This document shows, piece by piece, positions 24,370 through 36,354 of a stretch of 64,000 nt of DNA. Position numbers and translations under genes: made by a program. The notes under the pieces were generated by a model. The model saw only the letters and a list, made by a program, of their open reading frames with translations. It did not search any database and was not told the DNA's origin. How positions within the stretch are numbered: position 1 is the stretch's first letter; every line of letters begins with the position of its first letter. The DNA comes from Arsenophonus sp. ET-KM2-MAG3 (lineage in GTDB: Bacteria; Pseudomonadota; Gammaproteobacteria; Enterobacterales; Enterobacteriaceae), in assembly GCA_052174135.1 (NCBI GenBank), contig JBQMRZ010000004.1, positions 203,410-267,409 on the forward strand, given 5' to 3'.

Positions 24370-27300
24370 TTTAAAAATTATGATTTAATCTTTTTAATTA
24401 AAATATTTTAATTTAAATAAACTAATTTCTTAAATTTTTTATATTTATTAAAATATTTATAATATTACCACTTATCGTTTATTAAGATCGGAAAGTTTAT
24501 TTATTCTATATTAACAATAACTACAATATTTCATGCTAATTGGTCAATATTATTGCTGTAATTTTATTTAATTTTACTGCACTATTTATTAGTAGTACCG
24601 TATTCATCTAAACATAAATAAAATTACTGTACTTTATATACATTGAAATAATAAATTTTATCTTAAAATTCTGATAATACAAACAAATTACTTTATTTTA
24701 TATATTTACTTTTTCCATATCATTATTTTAATTGCCATCAATATTTTATTTTTTATTAGTTGTTATATATATTAATTTACAAGTTATTTTTCTATAATAC
24801 TTTTTTCTACTTTATAATTAATAAAAAAATTAAAATATTTTTTCTATAATTATATTAAAAATATTCTTGTTATCTATCAATATATACTTATCTTGAAATA
24901 TTAATTAAAATCTTATTATTTTAATTAATTAAAGTCACTGAATTTAATGAAATTAATAACTATAATTTCGTATAAATAATTATACGAAATGATTATTTTA
25001 GTTGATAATTATTTATATTTTATATAGCATAATTTATTTTATTTCTTAATAATTAATTAACTCTTATAAGTATAAGGGTATCTTTTAGTATTTAATTATA
25101 TTATCTTATTTTTTATTAATATTCTATCTATTTAAAAAAAATAAATTTCAAATTAACAAAAAATTATCTAACTTAAAATTATTAATTTATATAAATACAT
25201 CTTTTAAAATTATTTTAAATTTAAATTAAATTTTAATCATATGTTAACAATTCATGTTGATAACATTACTTGATTAATATAATTAAATATAAAAAATTAT
25301 ATTTTAATCAACTAAATAATAATTATAAATTTCTATAATCTATAGAAATACAATCAATATTGTTAACCCACTAAAACTTACATATTTATCTTATGTAAAA
25401 CATTAATTTAATTAAACTTATCGTCTAATAAACCATTTATTAACCTTAATGATTTATTATTTATAATTAATAGTTATATTAGTATAACTTCATCTAATTT
25501 ATCTATTGTTCTATTTTTATTTGATATACTGTTTAATATGATCTTTACAATAAATCGCAAAATTGATTAATAAAATCATTATTTTAATATAAATGATTTA
25601 AATTTCATTATATGAGTAATTATTATTTTATATTTTTTAATAAAATATATTTTTACAACATTATTGTATTAAAATGGAATAACCTGAATGTTGTTATAAA
25701 CAATAAATTAAAATATTAAATAAATTCATGCATATTAAATGTTAATACAGTTTTTTTTAAAATATATAAATATTTATAGATTTATTAAAAATAACAAGAG
25801 AATAATTACTAATGTTTTAATTTTTTATAATTAAAGTAATAATATTAATTCATCGTTTTATAAAAATAAAAGATAAAAATATTCATATTTCTTTAAAAAT
25901 AGTAATTATAATAAAAAAATTAATTTTTAATATTTTTTATTATAACTTTTTCTAAAAATTCTATATATTAGAATAATTTTTATATTATAAAAAATCTAAT
26001 TTTTAGAATACCATAAAATCTGTATAATACAAATATTACTATTTAAAATATATTGTAAATAATAAATTCAATAATTGAATTACCTTAAATTATATTAATA
26101 CCATGTTTCTAACGAGCATTCAAATATATAATATAGAAAATTATAATACAAATAAAAAATAAATATATTACTTTATTATAATAAATTATTTCATTTAATT
26201 ATTGATGTATATAATCATATTTATATTTATATTTATACTATAATTACTTAATATTAACTATTTTAATTTATTTAAATAATAAATTAAAAACTATATTAGT
26301 ATATAATACTATTTATGATATAAAATTTCTACTAAAAATATTAATAGTTAAAATAACATTTTCCATTTATAGATATCAAAATGTCAATGATTTTAATTAA
26401 AAACACTAACTATAATTTATATTTTTTTTATATTAACTTATTACCCCCACAAAATGATCTATAAAATAATTAAGTGTGAGAAAAAATTTTATAAAATAAT
26501 TAAAAATTATATATCTTTTATACTTTATATTTCATTTATTGAACAATAAAGTTCTTTTTACATATATTTATAATATTTGTTATATATTTTATATTTTTTT
26601 ATTTTTATTTAGTTATAAACACTTTTTCTAACAGAATCCCTCTAATTTTAACTTAAAATAAACCTAGTGGATATTATTAGGTATAAAATCCATAGTAACA
26701 TACAGTTAAAAGTTCGAAATATATTATTAATATTTCAATTAGTAATAGTATAAAAAAAATAAAAATTATCATATAGTACATCAATTCAATTAATTAAATT
26801 TACTTTATTTTTATAAAATCATAATTTCATTCAAATAAATAAAGTTATCATAATTAATATCGAATAAACATTATTAAAAATTAATATAGTTTTAAATACT
26901 TATTATGCTTATTTTTAATTGTTATAATTTAATTAGATAATTTAAATATGAGAACTAATGTAATTAATTTTGTATTTTTTAAACAATAAAAAATACAATA
27001 CTAATTTTTATCAGTTATAATTTATTATTATATTAAAATTATCAGCTTTAAACAATTAAAGATTAAATTTTCACTAAATGTTTGATATCCATTTCAAGTA
27101 TTTTCTGCAATTCTCATAGAGATTTTTCACTATTGATAACTGATTTCTATTAAACCAATATTTTATATAATTAAAAAAATCACTTAAATTTTATAAATAA
27201 AAAAAATTACAAAAACTATAAAAAATTAAACTAGTTTAAAATAAAAAATAAGCTATATAATGATATTAATAAATTATCATAATACTGATTGTATAATTAT

Positions 27301-27700
27301 AATTATTAATTTTCATGAATAATAATGAAAATTTACTTATAGAAATTTCTAGATATACTATTTTCATATTAGAGACAATTTATTCTTATATTTAATTGAA
27401 AAAATAAATTGTTAATTTAAACTAAATCAATAACCATAAAAATATAGAGGTGATGCATTATAAACGCTTTAATATTAATTGAAAAAAATTTTTTATATAT
27501 TGATGTATTAAGAATCTATAAATTTAAATTAATTTATAATAATTAATGAGCTCAAAATAAAAAAAATTCCAGAAATTATTTTATTAATGAAATTTAATAA
27601 ACACAAATAATAATAAATTAAATTATTACTTATATAAAAATTTAAAATTATTTTAGTTATATTACTTGTTTATAGTGGAATATATTAATTTACAATAACT
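24370..27700 (+). pseudogene. Unresolved remainder of the isc operon fossil (iscA-hscB-hscA-fdx-iscX expected by synteny)
   Basis: The stretch has the expected length and position between the iscU fossil and pepB. Weak anchors only. ATG 24380 lies 11 nt after the iscU fossil stop, with 'cgt tta' (RL) plus Cys codons that could derive from IscA. 25353 reads INIVNPLKL against IDLGTTNSL of HscA. ATG 27453 with a GAGG Shine-Dalgarno reads MHYKRFNIN.., sharing M1, K4, Y16, L22 and M32 with IscX. Individual gene borders are not resolved. Confidence 0.3.
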
Positions 27701-27764
27701 TCTATTACTAATATCTGATATTTATCAATTATTTGATAAAAAATACGACAAACTAAGGCAAAAA

Positions 27765-29060
27765 ATGGAAAAACAAATTATGCAAATTTTGTTATCTTAT
27801 GAACCAGCAGCGCTTTGTTGGGGGAAAAATGCATTAATTAGTTATAGTGAAAAAGGAATTGTTATTCACGTGAACTCACAGGAAAAACTATATGAAATCC
27901 AAAGTGCAGGTCGTAAACTGGATAATCAAGGTATCCATCATGTCATATTAGCAGATAATAATTGGAATTTAGAAGAAAGTTGGGCATTTTGGCAAGGATT
28001 CAGATCGCCTAAGGGACCCCGCTCTATTGAATGGCCAAATTTATCTGAAAATGAAAAAAAGGAATTACAGTATCGCATACAAATTATTGATTGGGTACGC
28101 GATATTATTAATAAACCACCTGAAGAATTATCCCCTGAACAATTAGCACAGCACAGCGTTAATTTATTATATGAGACAATAAAAGATAATATTAATTATC
28201 GTATCATTAAGGGTGAAGAATTAGCAAAACAAAAGTATAATGGAATTTATATAATAGGTCGCGGTTCAACTCGCCCTCCTGCATTATTAGTTTTAGATTA
28301 TAATCCAGCTCGAAATTTAAAAGAACCAGTATTTGCTTGTTTAGTAGGAAAAGGTGTTACGTTCGATTCTGGCGGTTATAGTATAAAACCATCTTCATCA
28401 ATGAATTCAATGAAAGCAGATATGGGAGGAGCCGCTATACTAACTGGAGCATTAGCATTAGCAATAAGTCGAGGTTTAAAACAACGAGTAAAACTTTTTC
28501 TCTGTATTGCCGATAATATGATAAGCGGTAATGCATTTAAATTAGGTGATATTATTCACTACCGTAATGGTAAATCTGTTGAAATTATGAATACAGATGC
28601 AGAAGGAAGACTTATTTTAGCGGATGGATTAATCGATGCTTCTAAAGAAAATCCAGAATTAATTATTGATGCTGCAACACTAACAGGTGCAGCTAAAATA
28701 GCAGTAGGTAATGATTATCATTCTGTATTAAGTTTTGATGACAAATTAGTAGCTAAATTGATGTTTTCATCAGAAATAGAAAATGAACTTTTTTGGCGTT
28801 TACCTTTAGCAGAATTTCATCGTCGTCAATTACCTTCTATGTTTGCAGATATAAATAATATTTCGTTAAATTCTCATACTGCTGGTGCTAGTATAGCTGC
28901 TGCTTTTTTATCATATTTTGTTGAAAATTATTATAATGGATGGCTTCATATCGATTGCTCAGCTATTTATCATAAATCTTCTATGGATTTATGGGCAGAA
29001 GGTGCAACCGGTATTGGCGTCAGAACTATTGCTAATTTATTGCTGAAAAAATCAAAGTAA
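27765..29060 (+). CDS. pepB: aminopeptidase B (M17 family)
   Basis: The 431-aa ORF is collinear with E. coli PepB ([57 protein letters not shown]). Confidence 0.95.
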   Translation: MEKQIMQILLSYEPAALCWGKNALISYSEKGIVIHVNSQEKLYEIQSAGRKLDNQGIHHVILADNNWNLEESWAFWQGFRSPKGPRSIEWPNLSENEKKELQYRIQIIDWVRDIINKPPEELSPEQLAQHSVNLLYETIKDNINYRIIKGEELAKQKYNGIYIIGRGSTRPPALLVLDYNPARNLKEPVFACLVGKGVTFDSGGYSIKPSSSMNSMKADMGGAAILTGALALAISRGLKQRVKLFLCIADNMISGNAFKLGDIIHYRNGKSVEIMNTDAEGRLILADGLIDASKENPELIIDAATLTGAAKIAVGNDYHSVLSFDDKLVAKLMFSSEIENELFWRLPLAEFHRRQLPSMFADINNISLNSHTAGASIAAAFLSYFVENYYNGWLHIDCSAIYHKSSMDLWAEGATGIGVRTIANLLLKKSK

Positions 29061-29821
29061 ATATTATTTGTATCTTATTTGCACAGAAATTATTTTCTTT
29101 GAACATAATTAACTAACAAGATTACATTAGTTATAAAATAATCTAAAATAATAGTAAATAAAATGAATAAATTTAATAACTAAAATAATGATTTCATTAA
29201 TAATTGAGAATATAATTAAATTAATCATACATAAATCTTGCTACAAGCATTAATTATTTAATATATTTTTAAATCATAGAAGAAAATATGAAGAATTTTT
29301 ATTATTATATTATAACGCTAAATTATGATTATTATTTTAGAAATTAACATTAAATATAAATAATGATAATAATTAATTTTATAATCAAAATAACATTTTT
29401 ATCTTAAAAATAATAAATTAATTATTTTTCTTTGAAATCTAATTTCATACATGAGCATGAATGATTTAAATTAAACTATATACATACATATATAATTATT
29501 TAATTGATATAAAAACTACATAATACTTTTGTTATTGAAATTGTTAGATTTCATTATATTATTTATTGTTATATGATTTATATCCAGTGATTTTATTAAT
29601 TAATTTGTAATTAAATTTATTATTTTTTAAATTATATAAAATATATTTTTTAATGAAAATTAAAAAATTAAAAAAAATCTTCTCAAGAGTGTAATTGAAT
29701 TTTTAATATTTATAGTAATTGGTTATTTTATTTTAATAAAAAATAATAAATTTCGCAGATGTAACAGATGAAAATATATGATAAAACGTTGTCATAAAAA
29801 TGACAACTAAGAGGATTTTTA

Positions 29822-30247
29822 ATGACTATACAACGTACTTTTTCTATTATCAAGCCAAACGCTATTAAAAAAAATTTAATTGGTGAAATTTATGGTCGCT
29901 TTGAAAAAGCTGGATTCAAAATAATTGCTGCTAAAATGATACATTTAAGCTATGAAAAAGCCGAATTTTTTTATATTGAGCACAAAGATAAACCATTTTT
30001 TAATGGGTTAATCGAATTTATGACTTCATTACCAGTTATGTTGCAAGTTTTAACTGGAAAAAATGTTATACAACGTTATCGTGATTTAATGGGAGCAACG
30101 GATCCATATAAAGCGTCAGCAGGAACATTACGCGCGGATTATGCGGATAGTTTTACTGAAAATGCAGTGCATGGTTCAGATTCGATTAAATCCGCAGAAA
30201 GAGAAATTTCTTTTTTCTTTAATGATAATGAAATTTGTTCGCGTTAG
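29822..30247 (+). CDS. ndk: nucleoside diphosphate kinase
   Basis: The 141-aa ORF ([11 protein letters not shown].., [16 protein letters not shown]) has an AAGAGGA Shine-Dalgarno. Confidence 0.97.
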   Translation: MTIQRTFSIIKPNAIKKNLIGEIYGRFEKAGFKIIAAKMIHLSYEKAEFFYIEHKDKPFFNGLIEFMTSLPVMLQVLTGKNVIQRYRDLMGATDPYKASAGTLRADYADSFTENAVHGSDSIKSAEREISFFFNDNEICSR

Positions 30248-30296
30248 TAAACAAATTATAGTTTTTATTAGAAAAATATAAGAAGGAAGTAATATA

Positions 30297-31466
30297 ATGT
30301 TTTTTTTTAAAACAAAAGGTCAATATTTGCCTTCTTTTTCTACTATAAATAAATCAATAAAAATTAATTTATTAGATATGGATCTTAAACAGATGCAGCA
30401 ATTTTTTAGTGGTATTGGAGAAAAACCTTTTCGAGCTAATCAGGTAATGAAATGGATTTATCATCATTTTTGTGATGATTTTGATATGATGACAGATGTT
30501 AATAAAGTGCTTCGTGCTAAATTGAAGAAAATTTCTGAAATTCGAGCACCTGAAATTATACAAGAACAGAATTCTATTGATGGTACAATAAAATGGGCAA
30601 TAAGAGTAGGTGATCAACAAATCGAGACAGTTTATATTCCTGAAAATAATAGAGCTACGCTTTGCGTCTCTTCTCAAGTTGGCTGCGCGCTTGCATGTAA
30701 ATTTTGTTCAACTGCCAAACAAGGCTTTAATCGTAATTTACATGTTTCAGAAATCATAGGTCAAGTATGGCTTGTTGCTAAAATTATTAGTTCTTTAAAG
30801 TCTAGCGATCGACGACCAATTACTAATATTGTAATGATGGGAATGGGAGAACCACTATTAAATTTAAATAATGTTGTTCCGGCGATGAAAATTATGATGG
30901 ATGACTTTGGTTTTGGATTATCAAAACGACGAGTAACTTTATCAACCTCTGGTATTGTACCTGCACTTAATAAATTAGGTGATATGATTGATGTTGCTTT
31001 AGCTATCTCTTTACATGCACCAACTAACGAAATTCGTGACGACATTGTACCTATTAATAAAAAATATAATATTGAAACTTTTCTAGCTAGTGTTCGACAT
31101 TATCTAACTAAATCTAATGCAAATCAGGGGCATGTTACCGTTGAGTATGTTATGTTAAATGGTATAAATGATAGTATTAAACACGCACATCAATTAGCAG
31201 AATGTCTTAAGGATACGCCTAGTAAAATTAATTTGATTCCTTGGAATAAAATTCCTTTTTCGCCTTATAGGTGCAGTTCTAATAGCTGTATTGATCGTTT
31301 TTCAAAAATATTAATGAAATATGGATTTACTACTATTGTACGTAAAACTCGTGGCGATGATATTAATGCAGCTTGCGGTCAATTAATAGGTGATGTTATT
31401 GATCGAACAAAACAAACTTTTAAAAAACATCTTACGGCCAAACAAATTAAAATTAAAATAATCTAA
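30297..31466 (+). CDS. rlmN: 23S rRNA/tRNA m2A methyltransferase, radical SAM
   Basis: The ORF is collinear with E. coli RlmN ([30 protein letters not shown] radical-SAM CxxxCxx[21 protein letters not shown]). Confidence 0.95.
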   Translation: MFFFKTKGQYLPSFSTINKSIKINLLDMDLKQMQQFFSGIGEKPFRANQVMKWIYHHFCDDFDMMTDVNKVLRAKLKKISEIRAPEIIQEQNSIDGTIKWAIRVGDQQIETVYIPENNRATLCVSSQVGCALACKFCSTAKQGFNRNLHVSEIIGQVWLVAKIISSLKSSDRRPITNIVMMGMGEPLLNLNNVVPAMKIMMDDFGFGLSKRRVTLSTSGIVPALNKLGDMIDVALAISLHAPTNEIRDDIVPINKKYNIETFLASVRHYLTKSNANQGHVTVEYVMLNGINDSIKHAHQLAECLKDTPSKINLIPWNKIPFSPYRCSSNSCIDRFSKILMKYGFTTIVRKTRGDDINAACGQLIGDVIDRTKQTFKKHLTAKQIKIKII

Positions 31467-32061
31467 TTTTTATAATATAAAAAATTAGATACAACGATAT
31501 ATGGTATTATAAGATCTATAAAAAGAGTAATATGATAAAATATTTATCACTAATATTCTATTATTAGAAGGTTTATTACTTTGATGTAACGTTATTAATA
31601 AAAAATTGATATTATATTTGTAATGTTGGATATAATTAGATATTTTTTTATTTATCAAAAAATCTCAGCAAAATGTAGTATTTGTTTTTTTTAAAAAAAA
31701 TCATGTGATAATATATCAAAATAGAATCCTAATATAGGAATATTGATCATTATATAAAAGCAAATAATGTAATCAATTGACTAGCAATAATATTAAAATA
31801 TTTTAATGGTACAATTCGTTCAAATAGTAATTAATAATATGAATATATGATACATTAATTAAACTTTTATGCATTTAAATCATATTTTAAAATGATTAAA
31901 TTGATGGAAGAGAAAGAACATAGTTGGTTTAATCCTAAAAATATTTCAAAAAAATAAATAAGAAATATTATCGGTATGAAGGTTTTTTTATTAACTTATT
32001 GATAGATTGAGTTCTTTTAAAAACCTTCATAATGTTAAAACTTTAAAAAATATCCCCGCGA

Positions 32062-33051
32062 ATGAATAGCAACCATAAAACAGAAAAAATAGAAATTACC
32101 GTTGGTCAACGTTTATTAGAAGCACGAACAATGCTTAATCTTTCTAGAGAAATTATTGCGGAAAGACTTTGCTTAAAAATATGTACGATACGTGAAATAG
32201 AAGAGGACAATAGCTCTAATAATGTTGATCCAACTTTTTTACGTGGTTATATTCGCTCTTATGCAAAGTTAGTAAAAATTCCAGAAAAAGAAATTCTTGA
32301 ATTATTAGATAAATATACACCAGCAAAAATAGTAGTAGTTTCTCCCATGCAAAGTTATTCATTAGGGAAAATACATAAAAAATGGGAAAATTGGATAATG
32401 AAATTTACATGGTTAATTATCATTATCTGTATAATAATGGTAGGTGTTTGGTGGTTTGAAGACTATAAAGCACAAAAGCAAGAAATTCTCACTATGTCTG
32501 AACAAATTCAATCGAATACTACTCATACTCAATTACCAATAGAGCTTTTTTCTTCTACTTTCAAAAAAATAATTAAAACTGAACAAAATAATTTAAATGT
32601 ATTACAAGAAAAAACTAATATGAAATTATTAACTTCTAAAGTAGTAAAAAATAATAATACAAATATTAATGTTGAATCAATAATAAATCCAGAAAAAATA
32701 AAAACAACATCATCATTGAATAAGATAACTAATATTAATGGTGATATAAAATGGAATGCAGCAGAAGGGATTCCTATTAATAATAATATTTTTAATATAA
32801 AATATGTCAATGAAGTTGTAGTAAACTTTAAAGGAGAATGTTGGCTGGAAGTTCGTAATGATAAAGATAAGATTTTATTTAGTGGCATTAAAAATTTAGG
32901 TCAGACACTCGAATTAAATGGCGAACTCTCTTATCGTTTTAATATTGGTATACCCGCTCACATAACTTTGTTATTTAGAGGTAATTATGTTGATCTAAAT
33001 CGTTTTATTAAAGCTAATCGACCAGCTAATTTTAAATTACCAAGATTATAA
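32062..33051 (+). CDS. rodZ: cytoskeleton protein RodZ
   Basis: It has an N-terminal HTH (GQRLLEARTMLNLSREIIAERLCLK..IREIEED), FLRGYIRSYAKLV, a transmembrane segment, and a C-terminal domain (..VNFKGECWLEV.., FIKANRPA). The central linker is low-complexity and N/K-rich. It sits in the conserved rlmN-rodZ-ispG context. Confidence 0.9.
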   Translation: MNSNHKTEKIEITVGQRLLEARTMLNLSREIIAERLCLKICTIREIEEDNSSNNVDPTFLRGYIRSYAKLVKIPEKEILELLDKYTPAKIVVVSPMQSYSLGKIHKKWENWIMKFTWLIIIICIIMVGVWWFEDYKAQKQEILTMSEQIQSNTTHTQLPIELFSSTFKKIIKTEQNNLNVLQEKTNMKLLTSKVVKNNNTNINVESIINPEKIKTTSSLNKITNINGDIKWNAAEGIPINNNIFNIKYVNEVVVNFKGECWLEVRNDKDKILFSGIKNLGQTLELNGELSYRFNIGIPAHITLLFRGNYVDLNRFIKANRPANFKLPRL

Positions 33052-33106
33052 ATGAATGTTTTAGAATATAACATCTATAAATAAATATAAATTTTGAATA
33101 AATAAG

Positions 33107-33135
33107 AAACCATCGTGAATTCGATGGTTTTAATT
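33107..33135 (+). terminator. Putative intrinsic terminator or attenuator between rodZ and ispG
   Basis: The hairpin aaaccatcg tgaatt cgatggttt has a 9-bp stem with 4 G:C pairs and a 6-nt loop, and runs into TTTT. It lies 55 nt after the rodZ stop and is one of the few G+C-containing hairpins located just downstream of an intact gene. Confidence 0.45.
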
Positions 33136-33187
33136 GTAGAGATAGCTTAAATTATTAAATATTGATGTTATAGTGGAGTAAAAGTAT

Positions 33188-34327
33188 ATGTATAAACAAT
33201 CACTCATAAAAAGGCATAAATCAACATGTATTTATGTCGGCAATGTTCCTATTGGAAATGGTTCACCAATAACAGTACAATCTATGACGAATACGAGGAC
33301 AACAAATGTTTCAGCAACAGTTAAACAAATTAAATCTTTAGAACGAATTGGAGTTGACATTGTACGTATTTCCATACCGACAATGGATGCAGCTGAAGCA
33401 TTTAAACTGATTAAACAACAAGTTAAAGTTCCTATTATTGCTGATATTCACTTTGATTATCGTATCGCATTAAAAGCCGCTAAATATGGTGCAGATTGTT
33501 TACGCATTAATCCAGGTAATATTGGTAATGAAGAACGTATTCGTCAAGTTGTTGATTGTGCACGTGATAAAAATATCCCTATTCGAATTGGTATTAACAG
33601 TGGTTCACTAGAAAAAAATATTCTAGAAAAATATGGTAAAGTTACACCGGCAGCTTTAGTTGAATCAGCTATGCGGCATGTTAATATACTAGATAGATTA
33701 AATTTTGATCAGTTTAAAATCAGCGTTAAAGCTTCGGATGTTTTTTTAACTGTAGATGCTTATCGTTTATTAGCTGGTAAAATTGATCAACCGTTACATT
33801 TAGGTATTACAGAAGCTGGTGGATTACGTGTTGGTTCAATAAAATCTGCTATTGGACTAGGAATATTATTATCCGAAGGTATTGGTGATACATTGCGTAT
33901 TTCATTAGCCGCTGATCCTATTGAAGAGGTTAAAGTTGGTTTTGATATCTTAAAATCATTACGCATTCGCTCACGAGGTATTAATTTTATTGCTTGCCCA
34001 ACCTGCTCGCGCCAAGAATTTAATGTTATTGATACTGTTAATATATTAGAAGATCGATTAAAAGATATTATTACTCCAATGGATGTTTCAATTATTGGTT
34101 GTGTTGTTAATGGTCCAGGTGAAGCGAAAGTTTCTACTATTGGTGTAACAGGGGCAAGGGTAAATAGTGGATTTTATGAAGATGGTATTCGTCAAAAAGA
34201 ACGTTTAAATAATGCTAATATAATAGATCAATTAGAAACTAAAATTCGAGCAAAAGCTAGTATATTAGATAAAAATCAGAGGATTAATGTTGAAGAGCTA
34301 GATAAATCATTTAATAAAATTAGCTAA
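33188..34327 (+). CDS. ispG: 4-hydroxy-3-methylbut-2-enyl diphosphate synthase
   Basis: The 379-aa ORF is about 80 % collinear with E. coli IspG by eye ([44 protein letters not shown]). Confidence 0.97.
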   Translation: MYKQSLIKRHKSTCIYVGNVPIGNGSPITVQSMTNTRTTNVSATVKQIKSLERIGVDIVRISIPTMDAAEAFKLIKQQVKVPIIADIHFDYRIALKAAKYGADCLRINPGNIGNEERIRQVVDCARDKNIPIRIGINSGSLEKNILEKYGKVTPAALVESAMRHVNILDRLNFDQFKISVKASDVFLTVDAYRLLAGKIDQPLHLGITEAGGLRVGSIKSAIGLGILLSEGIGDTLRISLAADPIEEVKVGFDILKSLRIRSRGINFIACPTCSRQEFNVIDTVNILEDRLKDIITPMDVSIIGCVVNGPGEAKVSTIGVTGARVNSGFYEDGIRQKERLNNANIIDQLETKIRAKASILDKNQRINVEELDKSFNKIS

Positions 34328-34428
34328 ATAATAGCTATTTGATTAGTTAATTTTGTTTATAGATTGCACTCTATTAATATTTTCTTTTATAATTTACATT
34401 ATGATAGATTTTAAAATAGAGAAATAAT

Positions 34429-35706
34429 GTGAGTAAAAATATACAATCTATTCGTGGTATGAATGATTGTTTTCTTCAAGATATTCAATTCTTCCAAAAA
34501 ATTGAAAATAAATTAAAACAAATCATCACTAGTTATGGTTTTAGTGAAATACGTACACCTATTGTAGAGAAAAATTCATTATTTTCTCGAGCGATCGGTG
34601 AAATCACTGATGTAATTCAAAAAGAAATGTACACATTTAATGATCGAGATGGTGATATCTTAACATTGCGTCCAGAGAATACAGCTGGTTGTGTAAGGGC
34701 TGGAATTGAACATGGTTTATTGTATAATCAACAACAACGTATCTGGTATTTAGGCCCGATGTTTCGTTATGAGCGACCACAAAAAGGACGTTATCGTCAA
34801 TTTCATCAGTTAGGTGTTGAAGTTTTTGGTTTAACTGGACCAGATATTGATGTTGAACTCATTATTATAATAAATCGTTGTTGGCGAGAGTTGGGAATCT
34901 CTAAACATATCTCACTAGAAATAAACTCTATTGGCTCATTAGAAACTAGAATAAAATACAAACACGCTTTAGTAGCTTTTTTGCAGAAATATCAAGATAA
35001 ATTTGATGAAGATTATCGATATCGTCTTTCAACTAATCCATTGCGTATCCTTGATTCAAAAAATCCTGACATACAAAAATTGCTTAATAATGCTCCGTTA
35101 TTTTCTGATTATCTTGATAATGATTCTAAAGAACATTTTTCTAGATTTTGTAAATCACTCGATATAGTAGGTATTCAGTATCGAATTAATCAACATTTAG
35201 TTCGTGGTTTAGATTATTATAATCGCACTGTATTTGAGTGGACTACCTATAAATTAGGGGCACAAGGTACAGTATGTGCTGGTGGACGTTATGATGGACT
35301 CGTGGAACAACTTGGCGGAAGAGCTACCTCAGCAGTAGGGTTTGCGATTGGAATAGAACGAATAGTATTATTGATTAAGCAAATCAACCCGGATTTTATT
35401 GTTAAATGTACATTAGTTGATATTTATTTAATAGCTTCTAGTGTAATAAATCAACAAACAATATTATTATTAGCAGAAAAAATTCGTGATCAGATGCCAA
35501 CTTTAAAATTAATGACTCACCATGGTGGTGGTGATTTTAAAAAACAATTAGCGCAAGCTTATAAATATCAGGCAAAATTTGTTTTAATTTTAGATGAAAA
35601 TAAATGTCAATTTGATGAGGTTATAATAAAAAATTTACGAACTGGTGACCAAGAAAAAATTTCTCAACAGAATATTTTTATGCGCTTGACTGAAATTTTA
35701 GAATAA
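34429..35706 (+). CDS. hisS: histidine--tRNA ligase
   Basis: With a GTG start, the ORF is collinear with E. coli HisS ([52 protein letters not shown]). Confidence 0.95.
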   Translation: MSKNIQSIRGMNDCFLQDIQFFQKIENKLKQIITSYGFSEIRTPIVEKNSLFSRAIGEITDVIQKEMYTFNDRDGDILTLRPENTAGCVRAGIEHGLLYNQQQRIWYLGPMFRYERPQKGRYRQFHQLGVEVFGLTGPDIDVELIIIINRCWRELGISKHISLEINSIGSLETRIKYKHALVAFLQKYQDKFDEDYRYRLSTNPLRILDSKNPDIQKLLNNAPLFSDYLDNDSKEHFSRFCKSLDIVGIQYRINQHLVRGLDYYNRTVFEWTTYKLGAQGTVCAGGRYDGLVEQLGGRATSAVGFAIGIERIVLLIKQINPDFIVKCTLVDIYLIASSVINQQTILLLAEKIRDQMPTLKLMTHHGGGDFKKQLAQAYKYQAKFVLILDENKCQFDEVIIKNLRTGDQEKISQQNIFMRLTEILE

Positions 35707-35716
35707 TGGAAACTTT

Positions 35717-36340
35717 ATGGAAAATTATACCATTGAAAACGAGAAAATAAGTTCTATCAAACGTTTTTTTATTAAAAATAGTAAAATATTAATAATATTA
35801 TTAATTATTGGAGCTAGTATTATTGTTACTTGGAATTATTGGCAATCATATCAAGAAAATAATTTTAAAAAAAGTGCCAAATCTTTTGAGAAGATTTCTT
35901 CTCAATTACAACAAATAAGTTCAAAACAAACTCTAATGGCTGCCGAACAATTTGCTAATGAAACAAATAACATATATGGAGTGTTAGTTAGTATTAAACT
36001 AGCTAAAATTTTAGTTGAAAAAAATGATATTATTTATGCAGAAAATATTTTGTTAAGAGCATTAGCAGTAACAAAATCAGATAATCTTAAAGATTTAATC
36101 AATATTAGATTAGCGCGTTTACAATTAGCTTTAAATAAAATAGATCAAGTTTTAATTTCTTTGAGTCAAATAAATAATCAAGGATTGGACATGATCATTG
36201 AAGATATTCGTGGTGATCTTTTATTAAAAAAAGGTGATATCAATGGCGCTCGTTTAGCTTATTCTAATGGAATAAAATCAAGTGGAGATAAAATGATGAA
36301 GACAATATTAAAATTAAAAATTAATAGCTTACCAAACTGA
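35717..36340 (+). CDS. yfgM: ancillary SecYEG translocon subunit YfgM (UPF0070, TPR-like)
   Basis: The 207-aa ORF has an N-terminal transmembrane segment and is collinear with E. coli YfgM (..VKRFF..N, RLARLQL, DIRGDLLLKKGD, KINSL). It sits in the conserved hisS-yfgM-bamB-der context. Confidence 0.85.
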   Translation: MENYTIENEKISSIKRFFIKNSKILIILLIIGASIIVTWNYWQSYQENNFKKSAKSFEKISSQLQQISSKQTLMAAEQFANETNNIYGVLVSIKLAKILVEKNDIIYAENILLRALAVTKSDNLKDLINIRLARLQLALNKIDQVLISLSQINNQGLDMIIEDIRGDLLLKKGDINGARLAYSNGIKSSGDKMMKTILKLKINSLPN

Positions 36341-36354
36341 GGAAAATATAAAAA

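Noticed and set aside
34328-34428. A possible SroE-like small RNA in the ispG-hisS spacer, where E. coli has sroE.
   Set aside because: The 101-nt spacer is AT-rich with no evident terminator hairpin and no conserved block I can recognise, so I cannot support it from sequence alone.
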